NCBI GenBank assembly: GCA_903936565.1
Contig: CAIZVZ010000001.1
Location: 95,905-159,904, forward strand
Direction of reading: 5' to 3'
Length of the DNA: 64,000 nt
Source: an uncultured bacterium
Lineage (GTDB): Bacteria > Patescibacteriota > Minisyncoccia > Phycocordibacterales > CAIZLB01
This document shows, piece by piece, positions 50,121 to 60,068 of this stretch (within the stretch, counting starts at the first letter, position 1; each line of letters opens with the position of its first letter). The notes beneath the pieces were generated by a model. That model did not search any database and had not been told where the DNA came from. It saw only the letters and a list, made by a program, of their open reading frames with translations. Made by a program: the position numbers and the translations under genes.

Positions 50121-50897
50121 ATGTCTATAATGGTAAACAAATTAAAGGAGAGAGATTTAAAGAAGCGTCTCATGGATGACGCTGGTTTTTCTGATAAGAA
50201 GGCGGCAATTTATATGTCTATATTAAAACTAGGTGAAGCAACCTCAAATGAAATCGCCAAGAGTGCTAATATAAAAAGGACCACTGTGTACAATATCCTA
50301 CCAGAACTTTTAAAAGAGGGTGTCGTTCGTAAAACCAAGAGACTGAAGAAAACTTTATTCTACATTGAAGACACAAGCGATTTAGTATCGAGACTTGATG
50401 AAAAGAGATTTGGTATTGAAGAAATTCTCCCTGACCTCAACAGCCTGCAAATGTCTAATAGGTCCAAACCTAAAGTCGTTCAATACGAAGGGCAAAATGG
50501 TATCATACAACTTTATAAAGATTTACTTAATTCAATTCCTGTTGGAGGAGAGCTACTTTCCGTAATTGGCGCCAACTACGCAAAGGACTTAATGCCGTAT
50601 CATATACTTGAATACTATTCAGATTTTAGATTAAAGAAGAAAATAAGACACAGACTAATTGGCACAAATAATGATTTCATAAAGGAATTTAAAGCAAAGG
50701 ATAAAGACCAATATCGAGAAACGAGGATTCTAGAGGAAGGAAACGAATTGATTGGTTCAGATATTAGAATTTTTGGTAACAAAGTTGCAATGCTCTCTTT
50801 TAAAGAAGGCTTCATTGGTGTAATTATAGAAAGTGAGGATTTACATAAGCTAAACAAGGTAATGTTTGAGAGAGTCTGGAATACTTTGAAGGCGTAA
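50121..50897 (+). CDS. TrmB-like regulator, module 5
   Basis: GFSDKKAAIYMSILKLG..IAK..IKRTTVY; PKVVQYEG; IFGNKVAMLSF..GVIIES..FERVW. Confidence 0.9.
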   Translation: MSIMVNKLKERDLKKRLMDDAGFSDKKAAIYMSILKLGEATSNEIAKSANIKRTTVYNILPELLKEGVVRKTKRLKKTLFYIEDTSDLVSRLDEKRFGIEEILPDLNSLQMSNRSKPKVVQYEGQNGIIQLYKDLLNSIPVGGELLSVIGANYAKDLMPYHILEYYSDFRLKKKIRHRLIGTNNDFIKEFKAKDKDQYRETRILEEGNELIGSDIRIFGNKVAMLSFKEGFIGVIIESEDLHKLNKVMFERVWNTLKA

Positions 50898-50922
50898 AAC
50901 ACCCCATCTACCTAGCCAGCAA

Positions 50923-51657
50923 CTACTCCCCCAAATATGCCTCCACTACATCTCTCTGCTTCAAGACAGTCTCTGGTTTACCATGTGCCAACAACTCTCC
51001 AGCATCAAGTACAACAACCGTATCACACAAGTCTCTAATAATTTCCATATTGTGCTCGACTAGAATTACAGTCTTCCCAGCCTCTCGTAATTCTTTAATA
51101 ATTTCTGAAACTTTCTTTATCATTTCTTTAAACAATCCAGCATAAGGCTCATCAAAAAGAATAATGTCAGCATCCATCGCTATTGCTCTACCAATCTCCA
51201 ACAATTTTCTTTGCCCGTATGAAAGATTCACGGCAAGCTCATGTTTCTTTTCAGATATATCTAGTTTTTCTAAAATTTCAATCGCTCTATCTTCATACAG
51301 CTTTTTCTTTTTCTCAAATAGTGCACCCAGTGCATTTCTGTGAGTCAATACAACCATCAAGTTATCAAGAACGCTCATTTGTTCAAACACTCTAACGTTT
51401 TGAAATGTACGAGTTATTTTATAATCATACATATCCTGTGCCATTATCTTATCAGTCTTAAATCCATCGGCAATGAATATTGTACCGGAGTCTTTTGGGA
51501 TGATACCGGTAATCAAATTAATCAGCGTTGACTTACCAGATCCATTGGGACCAACTAGACCCGTTATCTTGCCAGCCTCGAATTCTAGGCTAAGACCATT
51601 AACAGCCTTAACGCCATAGAAGTGTTTATTGAAGTTGTGAAGTTTTAATGTGGACAT
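50923..51657 (-). CDS. livG: LIV-type ABC ATPase LivG
   Basis: GPNGSGKSTL.N, RTFQNVRVF, LSYGQRKLLEI, DEPYAG, VEHNM, VVEAYLG; ATG 51657. Confidence 0.92.
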   Translation of the reverse strand: MSTLKLHNFNKHFYGVKAVNGLSLEFEAGKITGLVGPNGSGKSTLINLITGIIPKDSGTIFIADGFKTDKIMAQDMYDYKITRTFQNVRVFEQMSVLDNLMVVLTHRNALGALFEKKKKLYEDRAIEILEKLDISEKKHELAVNLSYGQRKLLEIGRAIAMDADIILFDEPYAGLFKEMIKKVSEIIKELREAGKTVILVEHNMEIIRDLCDTVVVLDAGELLAHGKPETVLKQRDVVEAYLGE

Positions 51658-51806
51658 TAGATATATTATAATACAAAATTGAAAAATTAAGAATGCCTCA
51701 CAAAGGGTCAAACTAGAACTTAAAAGTCAGTATTCCATAGACTTAACCACATAAACAGCGCTGTTTCCTAGACTTAAGTCTTATAAATAAGTTATTATTA
51801 CTGTAT

Positions 51807-52760
51807 ATGAAAACTCCCACAGGTGAATACAAACCCAACGCGGCTGAAAACCTTGAACAAGAGGACAATCGAGAATGGCAAGAAGGAAGAGAAAGATATA
51901 GGTCTGTCGAAAAGGCCTTAAAGAGATGCTGTACTGTAAATGAGATAAAATTTAGACTCAGAAAGGCGATTGGGGCTGTTAGTAATTTTTACAACATTGA
52001 ATCAGGCAAGAGATTTTCTCAATCACTTCCACAGGGCAGCCACGACACCCTTCCTTTTGAAATGCTATACATTGGAGAGAGACCTGCTGTCTTGACCAGT
52101 CTAGCTCTAACTGATGAGATTATGGAACAAATGAAAGCCGACGGTCTTGAGTTTTTTGATACGGACCCTGAGAGATTGGTAGAAAACTTCATATTTAATA
52201 GACAAAAATTAGAAACTATATATTCAGAAGATGAAGTATTGCAAGAATACGGAGACAGTGTTGATGATGTATTAAGTAAAATAAAAGCAGAGCGCGCTGA
52301 ACGAATACAAAGAGCGGGAGCTTGGGTTGATTATTCTTATCAATACCACTATGCACTTGGATCCTTTTTAGGATACCCCAAAGATGATGTTGCTGAATTT
52401 TCATTTATCCATTCAAAAGTACAATGGTTCATTAATACTTTTGTTGATTCCGTTGTAAATGATTACGCAAGTAGAGGCGAGGAATTAGGTGATATTGAAG
52501 GTAGATTATTTGGAGCGGAGAGTGATGATGTTATTGATTTCCTAATTGCCAACCTAGAGCGTTTTGATTTCCCAGAAGAATCACAAAAAGAAATTTATGC
52601 AAAACTATTAGACAAGATTAAGAGACAAAAATTAGTACACATTGGAGATCTGGTGTTTTCTTCAAGTGAAGAGGGTCATAATCTAGATGAAATAAAAAAT
52701 AGAAGAATTAAGGCTTTCAAATTTATGGGGCACAATGTAGACAAGATGAGTATAAATTAA
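51807..52760 (+). CDS. Hypothetical acidic protein with LGSFLGYP motif
   Basis: 317-aa ORF; G.FLGYP..DV resembles uncharacterised DUF3793/DUF483-type motifs. Confidence 0.65.
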   Translation: MKTPTGEYKPNAAENLEQEDNREWQEGRERYRSVEKALKRCCTVNEIKFRLRKAIGAVSNFYNIESGKRFSQSLPQGSHDTLPFEMLYIGERPAVLTSLALTDEIMEQMKADGLEFFDTDPERLVENFIFNRQKLETIYSEDEVLQEYGDSVDDVLSKIKAERAERIQRAGAWVDYSYQYHYALGSFLGYPKDDVAEFSFIHSKVQWFINTFVDSVVNDYASRGEELGDIEGRLFGAESDDVIDFLIANLERFDFPEESQKEIYAKLLDKIKRQKLVHIGDLVFSSSEEGHNLDEIKNRRIKAFKFMGHNVDKMSIN

Positions 52761-52761
52761 T

Positions 52762-53595
52762 CTAAACCCTCTCCATCACCCCACGTATTGCCTTATTGTG
52801 GTCAATCTTCTTGCCGCCCGCTTTTACAAACTCAAACATATCAGAGAGAAACAACGCCATACTCTTGTTTGTAATTTCAATTGCCACCTCCTCATGCCAA
52901 TTAATCAAAAGGGCTGTGCTTTTAAATAACCAGATTTCGCAATTATGATTGAAGAAATTATTTGGAAAAACAGTATAGTCTGCCATTCTTCCACTCAAAC
53001 TCTCCACTGTTTCTTTATTTTTTCTTGGGTCTTTCTTTATTTCTTGTAAATATGAGTCGTATGCAGATTCATTAAGCATCCCATCCAATATCAAATGATT
53101 CTTAACAATAGACCTATTGAAATCAACCAGTTGATCTTTGCTAACCTTATCCTGCAGTTCCATCCATGACTTATGGTGCTGAATAGCTTTGATACGTTCA
53201 TTCTTATTTACTGATGAAATTCGCTGATATGCTGGGACAATTTCCTTGGCACCGACGTGGATGATAAACTCATTTTCTTTAGATGTTTTAACTCTAGCGC
53301 CACGAAGTTCTCCAGCGCTTTTTGATTCTATATTTATTTCGTCAAATACATCCTTAAACCTTGACGATAATTCTTTTTTGCAAATCGCAATATATACTGA
53401 CCTTTTACCAACTTTCACACATTCAACAAGCCCCTTGTCCATCAACTTCTCCAGCACGTACAAAATACCCGTACGAGATAATCCCGTGAGTCTTTTGATG
53501 TCCTGTGGGCTTTTTGCAAAGCCTAAGGCCTTAAGTACCTCAATTTCAGTCTCGGTTAATCCAAGTATTTTGAATGTTTTACTATACCAATTCAT
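52762..53595 (-). CDS. TrmB-like regulator, module 6 (inverted module)
   Basis: LGLTETEIEVL..TGLSRTGILYVLEKL..KGLV; GRMAD; INW; TTGACT-N17-TATATT then ATG after 6 nt. Confidence 0.82.
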   Translation of the reverse strand: MNWYSKTFKILGLTETEIEVLKALGFAKSPQDIKRLTGLSRTGILYVLEKLMDKGLVECVKVGKRSVYIAICKKELSSRFKDVFDEINIESKSAGELRGARVKTSKENEFIIHVGAKEIVPAYQRISSVNKNERIKAIQHHKSWMELQDKVSKDQLVDFNRSIVKNHLILDGMLNESAYDSYLQEIKKDPRKNKETVESLSGRMADYTVFPNNFFNHNCEIWLFKSTALLINWHEEVAIEITNKSMALFLSDMFEFVKAGGKKIDHNKAIRGVMERV

Positions 53596-53800
53596 GTATT
53601 AAATATAGCAAATAACTAATTTTTAGTCAATTAGATATATGAAAATATGGCCTTGTAAAGCAGTTTAAACGCTAAACAATTTTAATGACACAGTTTTATA
53701 GACCATGTCAAATCAATCAACTATAATGGACCTATTATAAATTTTAGAAATTAACCATCCGCGATGTTATAATAATATCGTAATAAATAAATTATAAATT

Positions 53801-54907
53801 ATGAATAAAAAAATTATAGGAATACTATTAATCATCGTCATTGCAATTATCGCAGTAGTAGGTTTTAACAACTCAAATACTGCGCATAATCCAAAGACTC
53901 TAAAAATTGGGGTTATCGCTCCCCTATCTGGGGACTTCGGTGCTGTTGGTGAAAACTTCGTCAATGGAATCAAAACTGCCAAAGTCGCATACGAGAAGAA
54001 AACTGGAAATACAGTTGAACTTGTAATTGAAAATGATGGCGGAGAAGCAACAAAGGGACTTAGTGCATTCAAAAAGCTAAGTGAGGTGGATAAAGTAGAT
54101 GGAATGATAAATACATTCACTAGTACAATGGATGCAATTTACACTCCTAGCCAGACTCTTCCCTACCCAATCATGATGGGATTCTTTCAGGCAAATAATG
54201 TCGCCGACGATAACACCTTTCAGATTACACTTGGTAACGATGGTGTTTGGAATAAATACGCAAACTATCTTCAGGGTGTGAACTTTGATAAAAGCAATAT
54301 CGTAGTTGTTCACTCAAAGGACGCAGCGCAAGAATCTTTTTCAAAAGAGTTCAGAGCAAACTTCAAGGGTGAGACAACTGAGTTTGTAGCTTCATCAGAA
54401 AAAGGCTCACTTAAAACTGACGCGACAAAGATTGCGGGATTGAAACCAACAGCAATTGTATTCTTCATGACACCCGAGAATGGTGCAATACTTACAAAGG
54501 AGCTATTACAACTAGTTCCAAAAAATACTCAATTGATTTATGACATTCAAATCAACACAGGTATTCAGTATTACAAAGATCAACTTGGAGATTTGAATAA
54601 GATAAACGGAGCAATAACAATTGTTCCTGAAGCTGAAGCAAATCAAAAATTCATCGATGAGTATAAGGCAGTAATTGGAAAAGACCCTGGATTCACATCA
54701 GACTTCGGATACGATGCCTTCATGGTATACATGGAGAATTACAACAAAGATAAAAGTGCTTGGATTTCAAGTCTTAAAAAGACAGATGAAATAGGTGCTA
54801 GTGGACATCTTAAGTTTGATGGTAAAGGAGTGGTGATCCCCAACCTAACAATCAAGAAGATTGAAGGAGGCGAGATGAAGGTTGTCGAGAGATTGCCTTT
54901 TAACTAA
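53801..54907 (+). CDS. LivJ-like SBP, array member 6 (subfamily A, inverted)
   Basis: IGVIAPLSGDFGAVGE, DDNTFQI, GYDA, GASGHLKFD. Confidence 0.9.
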   Translation: MNKKIIGILLIIVIAIIAVVGFNNSNTAHNPKTLKIGVIAPLSGDFGAVGENFVNGIKTAKVAYEKKTGNTVELVIENDGGEATKGLSAFKKLSEVDKVDGMINTFTSTMDAIYTPSQTLPYPIMMGFFQANNVADDNTFQITLGNDGVWNKYANYLQGVNFDKSNIVVVHSKDAAQESFSKEFRANFKGETTEFVASSEKGSLKTDATKIAGLKPTAIVFFMTPENGAILTKELLQLVPKNTQLIYDIQINTGIQYYKDQLGDLNKINGAITIVPEAEANQKFIDEYKAVIGKDPGFTSDFGYDAFMVYMENYNKDKSAWISSLKKTDEIGASGHLKFDGKGVVIPNLTIKKIEGGEMKVVERLPFN

Positions 54908-54954
54908 AGCTGCCATCTAACCCACCACTACCTAGTTTCAAATCAAATAGCACA

Positions 54955-54986
54955 CAAAACCCCAAGATATTAAACTTGGGGTTTTG
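54955..54986 (+). terminator. Intrinsic terminator after SBP 6
   Basis: CAAAACCCCAAG-N8-CTTGGGGTTTTG. Confidence 0.8.
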
Positions 54987-55074
54987 TAATTTACAATCCA
55001 TAGCTTTGTGTTATATTCCTAATGGCTAAACATTAAGTCTTTCAACTACAACCAACCCGAACAATACCCCGTAT

Positions 55075-55410
55075 ATGAAAAACACAAATGCATTAAAAGA
55101 GATCCTTAAGGGGGGCTCCCCCCTCAGTACTGACGAACAAGCAATACAAATCATTGCCCTAGCTGTCCCAAGGAAGGGCGCCATGAAATTTGACGAGGCA
55201 GACGAACCAGGAGATAAGCTTGTTGCACTTCGGGAACTGACCGCCGAAATTGCGAAGCTCGATGAAAATGAGGTGACAATTAGACCAGCCTTGTTCGCCC
55301 TTATGATGTCCGAAATGGAAAACAGATCATCGGCTTTCACGTCAGTTTCAACAAGACTGGTCGTTGAAGGCTCACATCGAGGTCAAATTGATGGTCATGG
55401 TCAGGCCTGA
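55075..55410 (+). CDS. Hypothetical protein (ORFan)
   Basis: 111-aa ORF with higher GC, followed by a terminator. Confidence 0.5.
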   Translation: MKNTNALKEILKGGSPLSTDEQAIQIIALAVPRKGAMKFDEADEPGDKLVALRELTAEIAKLDENEVTIRPALFALMMSEMENRSSAFTSVSTRLVVEGSHRGQIDGHGQA

Positions 55411-55437
55411 GTCCAGGAACACAACCCCACACCAACC

Positions 55438-55471
55438 AAAATCGGCAGCTAAACCAAGGCTGCCGATTTTT
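55438..55471. terminator. Bidirectional terminator
   Basis: AAAATCGGCAGC-N9-GCTGCCGATTTTT. Confidence 0.85.
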
Positions 55472-55507
55472 GAACTATTGTTTTATTCACTCAATAATAT
55501 TGACCGT

Positions 55508-56614
55508 TTATTTTATCTCCACCTTCTCCTTATTCACCACCCTACCAAAAACCAAATCTGATACCAAGACACGGTTCACGAACTTAGCATTTTCATATCC
55601 AACTACTGGCAAATCATTTTTATTTGCAAGCTTATTGGCAACACATTCGACATCCTTGTTTTTTTCACAATCTGCCAATCCAATTCCTAGCGCCATTATT
55701 GATTGATATGAATTCGCAGCAGCTTGAATATCATCGACATTCATATTTGGATATAGTTTTTTAATTTTATCAGCAAATACTTGATTTACTGGAGCCTCAA
55801 AATAATATACATTATTTGTTGCTTCCGCAGGTAAGTTGGCGATATTTTTCTCAGTTACCAAATCTTGCTTATCTGAAAAGAACCCCGCCTTAATACCCAT
55901 GTCATTTGCTTGCTTCAGAATGGAATATGATCCATCTTCATACATAATTGGCACAATATAATCTGGTGCAAATGATTTATTCTGAAGAAGTATTGTTCTG
56001 AAGTCTGTATCTTTTGGACTTAGACCTTGCACCACTTTTATATTTTCCATTGGGACTGAACTCTCCCCAAGACCACTTTGACAATACGACGCAACATCAC
56101 CAACAGCACTTACAATTAGATATTTCTTATTTGAGCCATCAATCTTTTTTACAAACTCCCTACATGCAACTTCAAAGCTTAGAAAAGTTTTTATAGAATT
56201 AGGATTTTCTTCTACAATTTTTTGATTATATGCACTGTACATCATTATTTTGTTTGCACTCTTTGCAACTGGACCAACAGCATACGCAACAGATGAGAAC
56301 TCAACATATAGTGCGTCGACTTTGTCAGCCGATAAAAGTTTTTGAGCAGCTGAGACACCTCTTGGTGCTGAGGATTGACTATCCTCTATTGTAACCTCCA
56401 CCTTTCCCTTTCCATACATATTCTCAAGGTCTTTCTCAGCCATTTGCACCCCCTTAGCGACGGGTCCTCCCCAGTATGCACCGAAACCTGTTTGAGGAGC
56501 GATTACTCCAATTTTTATCTTTGCACCATTTTCATAATTACGAGCAGCTAATAAAATCAATACTAACACGACCACTATTACGGAAACTATTTTTATTATT
56601 TTTTTCATATGCAT
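55508..56614 (-). CDS. LivJ-like SBP, array member 7
   Basis: IGVIAPQTG, IEDSQS, DTDFRTIL; start at 56614 or 56608. Confidence 0.88.
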   Translation of the reverse strand: MHMKKIIKIVSVIVVVLVLILLAARNYENGAKIKIGVIAPQTGFGAYWGGPVAKGVQMAEKDLENMYGKGKVEVTIEDSQSSAPRGVSAAQKLLSADKVDALYVEFSSVAYAVGPVAKSANKIMMYSAYNQKIVEENPNSIKTFLSFEVACREFVKKIDGSNKKYLIVSAVGDVASYCQSGLGESSVPMENIKVVQGLSPKDTDFRTILLQNKSFAPDYIVPIMYEDGSYSILKQANDMGIKAGFFSDKQDLVTEKNIANLPAEATNNVYYFEAPVNQVFADKIKKLYPNMNVDDIQAAANSYQSIMALGIGLADCEKNKDVECVANKLANKNDLPVVGYENAKFVNRVLVSDLVFGRVVNKEKVEIK

Positions 56615-56761
56615 ATTTAATATTTAGTGGAATAAAGCATAACACCCATAGCTATTGATGTCATGAAATTTAATTGCATAATTATTTTTCCTATGCGATG
56701 GCTTCACATAAGGACAATTCACATGTTTACTGTTGTCCTGTTTTGTGACAGAATATTAATC

Positions 56762-57502
56762 ATGAGTAATTTAATGCAAAACCTAGAGACATTCGGCTTT
56801 GAGCCAAGAGAGGTAAAGATATATACTTTCCTATTATCAAATAGAGATTTACCGGTTTATAAGATAGCTACAGAGGTTGATATACCAAGGACAACAACCT
56901 ATAAGATTCTTGAGTCATTAAAGAAGCAAGGATTCGTATCTAGTTGGATTAAAAATGGTGTTAAATATTTTTCTGCAGAAAGCCCAGATCGTCTAAAGGA
57001 CCTTGCACAAAAGAAGCAAGACGCCCTGCAAAATGCCATGCCAGAACTAATGGGACTATTTGATACTAAATCAATTTATCCAAAGGCAAAATTGTATTTA
57101 GGAAAAGAAGGTGTGAAGCATACATTTGAATTAATACTTGAAAGTGCGAAGATAAATAAAACCCAAATAATATACGCCTATACTGATAATTTACTAACCA
57201 AACAGCTTCCAGTATTTTTTAAGGAATGGAGAGATAGAAAGAATAAGGAAACAGGATCTTATACACAGCTTATAGTCCCCCACGGTACTCCAATGAGCGC
57301 TGATTATGGAAGTGATGAGTATAGAGAAACAAGAATGATGCCTGAAGAGTTTTCATTTGCGGGATCAATTGATATTTGTGACAAGATGGTTTGTTTCTTT
57401 TCATTCCATGAAAAGGAAGTCTACTCTATTGTTGTAGAATCACCCATCGTAACAGAAATGCTTAAGAAGATATTTCAGTATGTTTGGAAGACATTGGAAT
57501 AA
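56762..57502 (+). CDS. TrmB-like regulator, module 7
   Basis: GFEPREVKIY..IATEVDIPRTTTYKILESL..G; YLGKEGV; FFSF..SIVVES..FQYVW; ATG 56762. Confidence 0.9.
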   Translation: MSNLMQNLETFGFEPREVKIYTFLLSNRDLPVYKIATEVDIPRTTTYKILESLKKQGFVSSWIKNGVKYFSAESPDRLKDLAQKKQDALQNAMPELMGLFDTKSIYPKAKLYLGKEGVKHTFELILESAKINKTQIIYAYTDNLLTKQLPVFFKEWRDRKNKETGSYTQLIVPHGTPMSADYGSDEYRETRMMPEEFSFAGSIDICDKMVCFFSFHEKEVYSIVVESPIVTEMLKKIFQYVWKTLE

Positions 57503-57561
57503 ACAAAAACAACCCCTTTTGAGAATTGTTTAAGTTATATAAATTTTATTCTTGAAAGTAA

Positions 57562-58668
57562 TTATTTTACCTCCTCGTAATTTCCCTTTCCGAGAATCTT
57601 GAATAATCCCGCTTGAGACTTATTTGGATTAATATTAGTTCCCGATGTAAAATCTATATTTCCATCGACGCTTTCATATTTAACCTTCTTTAGTCCAGCC
57701 AGTAAATCATTGGGGCTATTTTCATATGCCTTGGCAATAGATCTAATTAGCTCGTAACTATTTTGAGCTTCCAGCACAGGATATTTACCATACTTATTCT
57801 TATATTTTGATGCAAATTCTTGATTAGGTCTCCAATCTATAACAAAGACATTTTTTAGTTGCTCCAAACTAACTGAATCTGAGTTTTCAAAACCATCAAC
57901 TAAATTACTATCCACTAAAATAGGGATATTGACTCCAAGATTTTTTAAGGTCTTCACAGCTCTATCTCCCCAACCAACCACCAGTATTACGTCTGGATTA
58001 GCTGCCTTCATTTTCACTGCCTCAATTCTATAGTCAACCATAAAGTCACCACTGCATGTTTCGGCAACAATCTTTATTCCTCTCTCCTTAGCTACATCCT
58101 CATAAGCTTTTGTAAATGCCACACCCCATGTGTTAGCATTCCAACAAATTATACCCACTGTTTTTGCTGATGGATTAACATCGAAGAACTTTTCAATAGC
58201 ACCCTTAATACTTGATGTAGTGTGACCCATTGTGAAGAAATATGTGCTTGTTCCCTCTACTGAATTATCCATAACTGTTGGAGAAATTGTTACTATCTTA
58301 TTTGATTCAGAAAGAGGAACCAATGGATTAGACAAAAATGCCCAAACATCAGATATCATCACATCAACCTTATCTACATTGACCAACTTGTGAAAGGATG
58401 ACACATCCTTTGAGGGATTACTTTGACTATCTTCATATATAACTTGAATTGGGCGGCCATTAACCCCTCCTTTTGAATTGATCTCTTCAACAGCCATTTC
58501 AGCTCCATTTTTAGCAGATTCTGACCAGAAGGCAGCTGCTCCAGTCAAGGAAAGTGTTGCTCCAACTTTAATAGGACCGCCCTTAGCTTTTCCATAATTC
58601 TGAGACAGACCAACCCCGACCAGAATGATGATTATTAATGCAATAATTACCCATATTTTTGTTTTCAT
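57562..58668 (-). CDS. LivJ-like SBP, array member 8 (no adjacent regulator)
   Basis: VGATLSLTG, INSKGGVNGR, YEDSQSNP, DYR; ATG 58668. Confidence 0.92.
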   Translation of the reverse strand: MKTKIWVIIALIIIILVGVGLSQNYGKAKGGPIKVGATLSLTGAAAFWSESAKNGAEMAVEEINSKGGVNGRPIQVIYEDSQSNPSKDVSSFHKLVNVDKVDVMISDVWAFLSNPLVPLSESNKIVTISPTVMDNSVEGTSTYFFTMGHTTSSIKGAIEKFFDVNPSAKTVGIICWNANTWGVAFTKAYEDVAKERGIKIVAETCSGDFMVDYRIEAVKMKAANPDVILVVGWGDRAVKTLKNLGVNIPILVDSNLVDGFENSDSVSLEQLKNVFVIDWRPNQEFASKYKNKYGKYPVLEAQNSYELIRSIAKAYENSPNDLLAGLKKVKYESVDGNIDFTSGTNINPNKSQAGLFKILGKGNYEEVK

Positions 58669-58705
58669 AACTATATTAAAGCATATGCAGATATTCATCT
58701 CAAGC

Positions 58706-58738
58706 AAAAAACCAACCGCCTTCCGGCTGTTGGTTTTT
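58706..58738 (-). terminator. Terminator between SBP 9 and SBP 8
   Basis: AAAAAACCAAC..GTTGGTTTTT. Confidence 0.75.
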
Positions 58739-58775
58739 CACATAATCACACTTTAAAATAAGTCCGTCTTTCAAA

Positions 58776-59867
58776 CTACTTATCAAACTTCACAAACTTT
58801 CCATCTTTAAAGATATGTAGTTCACTTACCAAGGTTCTCGAACCAGTCTTGTCGAAGGTTATCTTTCCAGACATTCCTTCTATTGATAGTCCGTCCCTTT
58901 CGAGTGCCGACTTCCAATCCTTCTTATTTGTACTAGCAAGAACCTTTCCTATAACTTGTACCGCATCATATCCATAAACTCCAAGGAAGTTTGGTTCTGA
59001 ATTGTAGGCCGCCTTATATCTTTGTAGATAATCTTTGCTTGTGTTGTCAGCAATCATTGTTGATAGACATCCTTCAAACGAACTATTGGTCAAGCCTTTT
59101 TTAAGATAGTCACCAATTGAAAGTTCAATGTTTCCATCACAAATTATTTGAGGCTTAGCACCTTTTGATTGCTTATTAACTTCGTTGATAAACTTAACAC
59201 CTTGATCAACTCCCAAGAAAACTGTGTATGAGTCAACTCCTTGATCAAGCATCTTTGAAACCTCCGTTCTAACGTCAGAGTTTGATGATACAGGAACCTC
59301 AATGTAGTCTTGATTATTCATTCCTTGAATCATCATATTCTTGTTTGTCATGAAGAGTTGCGAGTCTGATGCGTAAACAATTGCAACCTTCTTATACTTT
59401 CCAGAAACTTCCTTTCCTAAAGTTTTGAACAACTCTGTTGCCCAAGGTATTACTTCAAAGACATTGTCTTTCTCAACCGCAGATTCGTTACCAACAGTTA
59501 ACATCAACTCATCTGTTTGATTAATCTTTGGTTTAAGAACCTCAAGTGTTGGGCTTACAAGACCAACAACGATATCTACATTATCAACTGATTGTAATTT
59601 GTTGTATGCAGAAAGTGCTTTTGCTGAATCGTATTGATCGTCTTCAAATACAAGCTCAATATTATTATTTTTCAAATCTTTCAAGCTCATTTCCATTGAA
59701 TTTTTTACGCTTTCACCAAATGATGCGTATTGACCTGAAAGAGGTAGAACAACTCCAACCTTTATTTTGTTATTTGCCACTGGCTTGCTGCCGTTACTGT
59801 AAGATACAGTTCCCACAACAATCAGTATCAGAACCAATACCCCAATAATTATTTTTTTGTTTTTCAT
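58776..59867 (-). CDS. LivJ-like SBP, array member 9 (subfamily A; closest to member 4)
   Basis: KIKVGVVLPLSGQY, FEDDQYD, GYDA, ELHIFKDGKFVK; ATG 59867. Confidence 0.9.
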   Translation of the reverse strand: MKNKKIIIGVLVLILIVVGTVSYSNGSKPVANNKIKVGVVLPLSGQYASFGESVKNSMEMSLKDLKNNNIELVFEDDQYDSAKALSAYNKLQSVDNVDIVVGLVSPTLEVLKPKINQTDELMLTVGNESAVEKDNVFEVIPWATELFKTLGKEVSGKYKKVAIVYASDSQLFMTNKNMMIQGMNNQDYIEVPVSSNSDVRTEVSKMLDQGVDSYTVFLGVDQGVKFINEVNKQSKGAKPQIICDGNIELSIGDYLKKGLTNSSFEGCLSTMIADNTSKDYLQRYKAAYNSEPNFLGVYGYDAVQVIGKVLASTNKKDWKSALERDGLSIEGMSGKITFDKTGSRTLVSELHIFKDGKFVKFDK

Positions 59868-60068
59868 GTGATTTTGCGAAATCATGTCGCGCCTCCGTCC
59901 ATATGGCGCGACTCTGATTGATTAATTTTTAATAACTAAATTATGTAACAATTATGGAGTATTGTAAAATATGGTATTTTATGCACATGACACATATTCT
60001 ATCACTATATACAGCCCTATATTCCATATCGCTTGACGGAATTTCCGACAAAGTGGTATAGTTAACAC

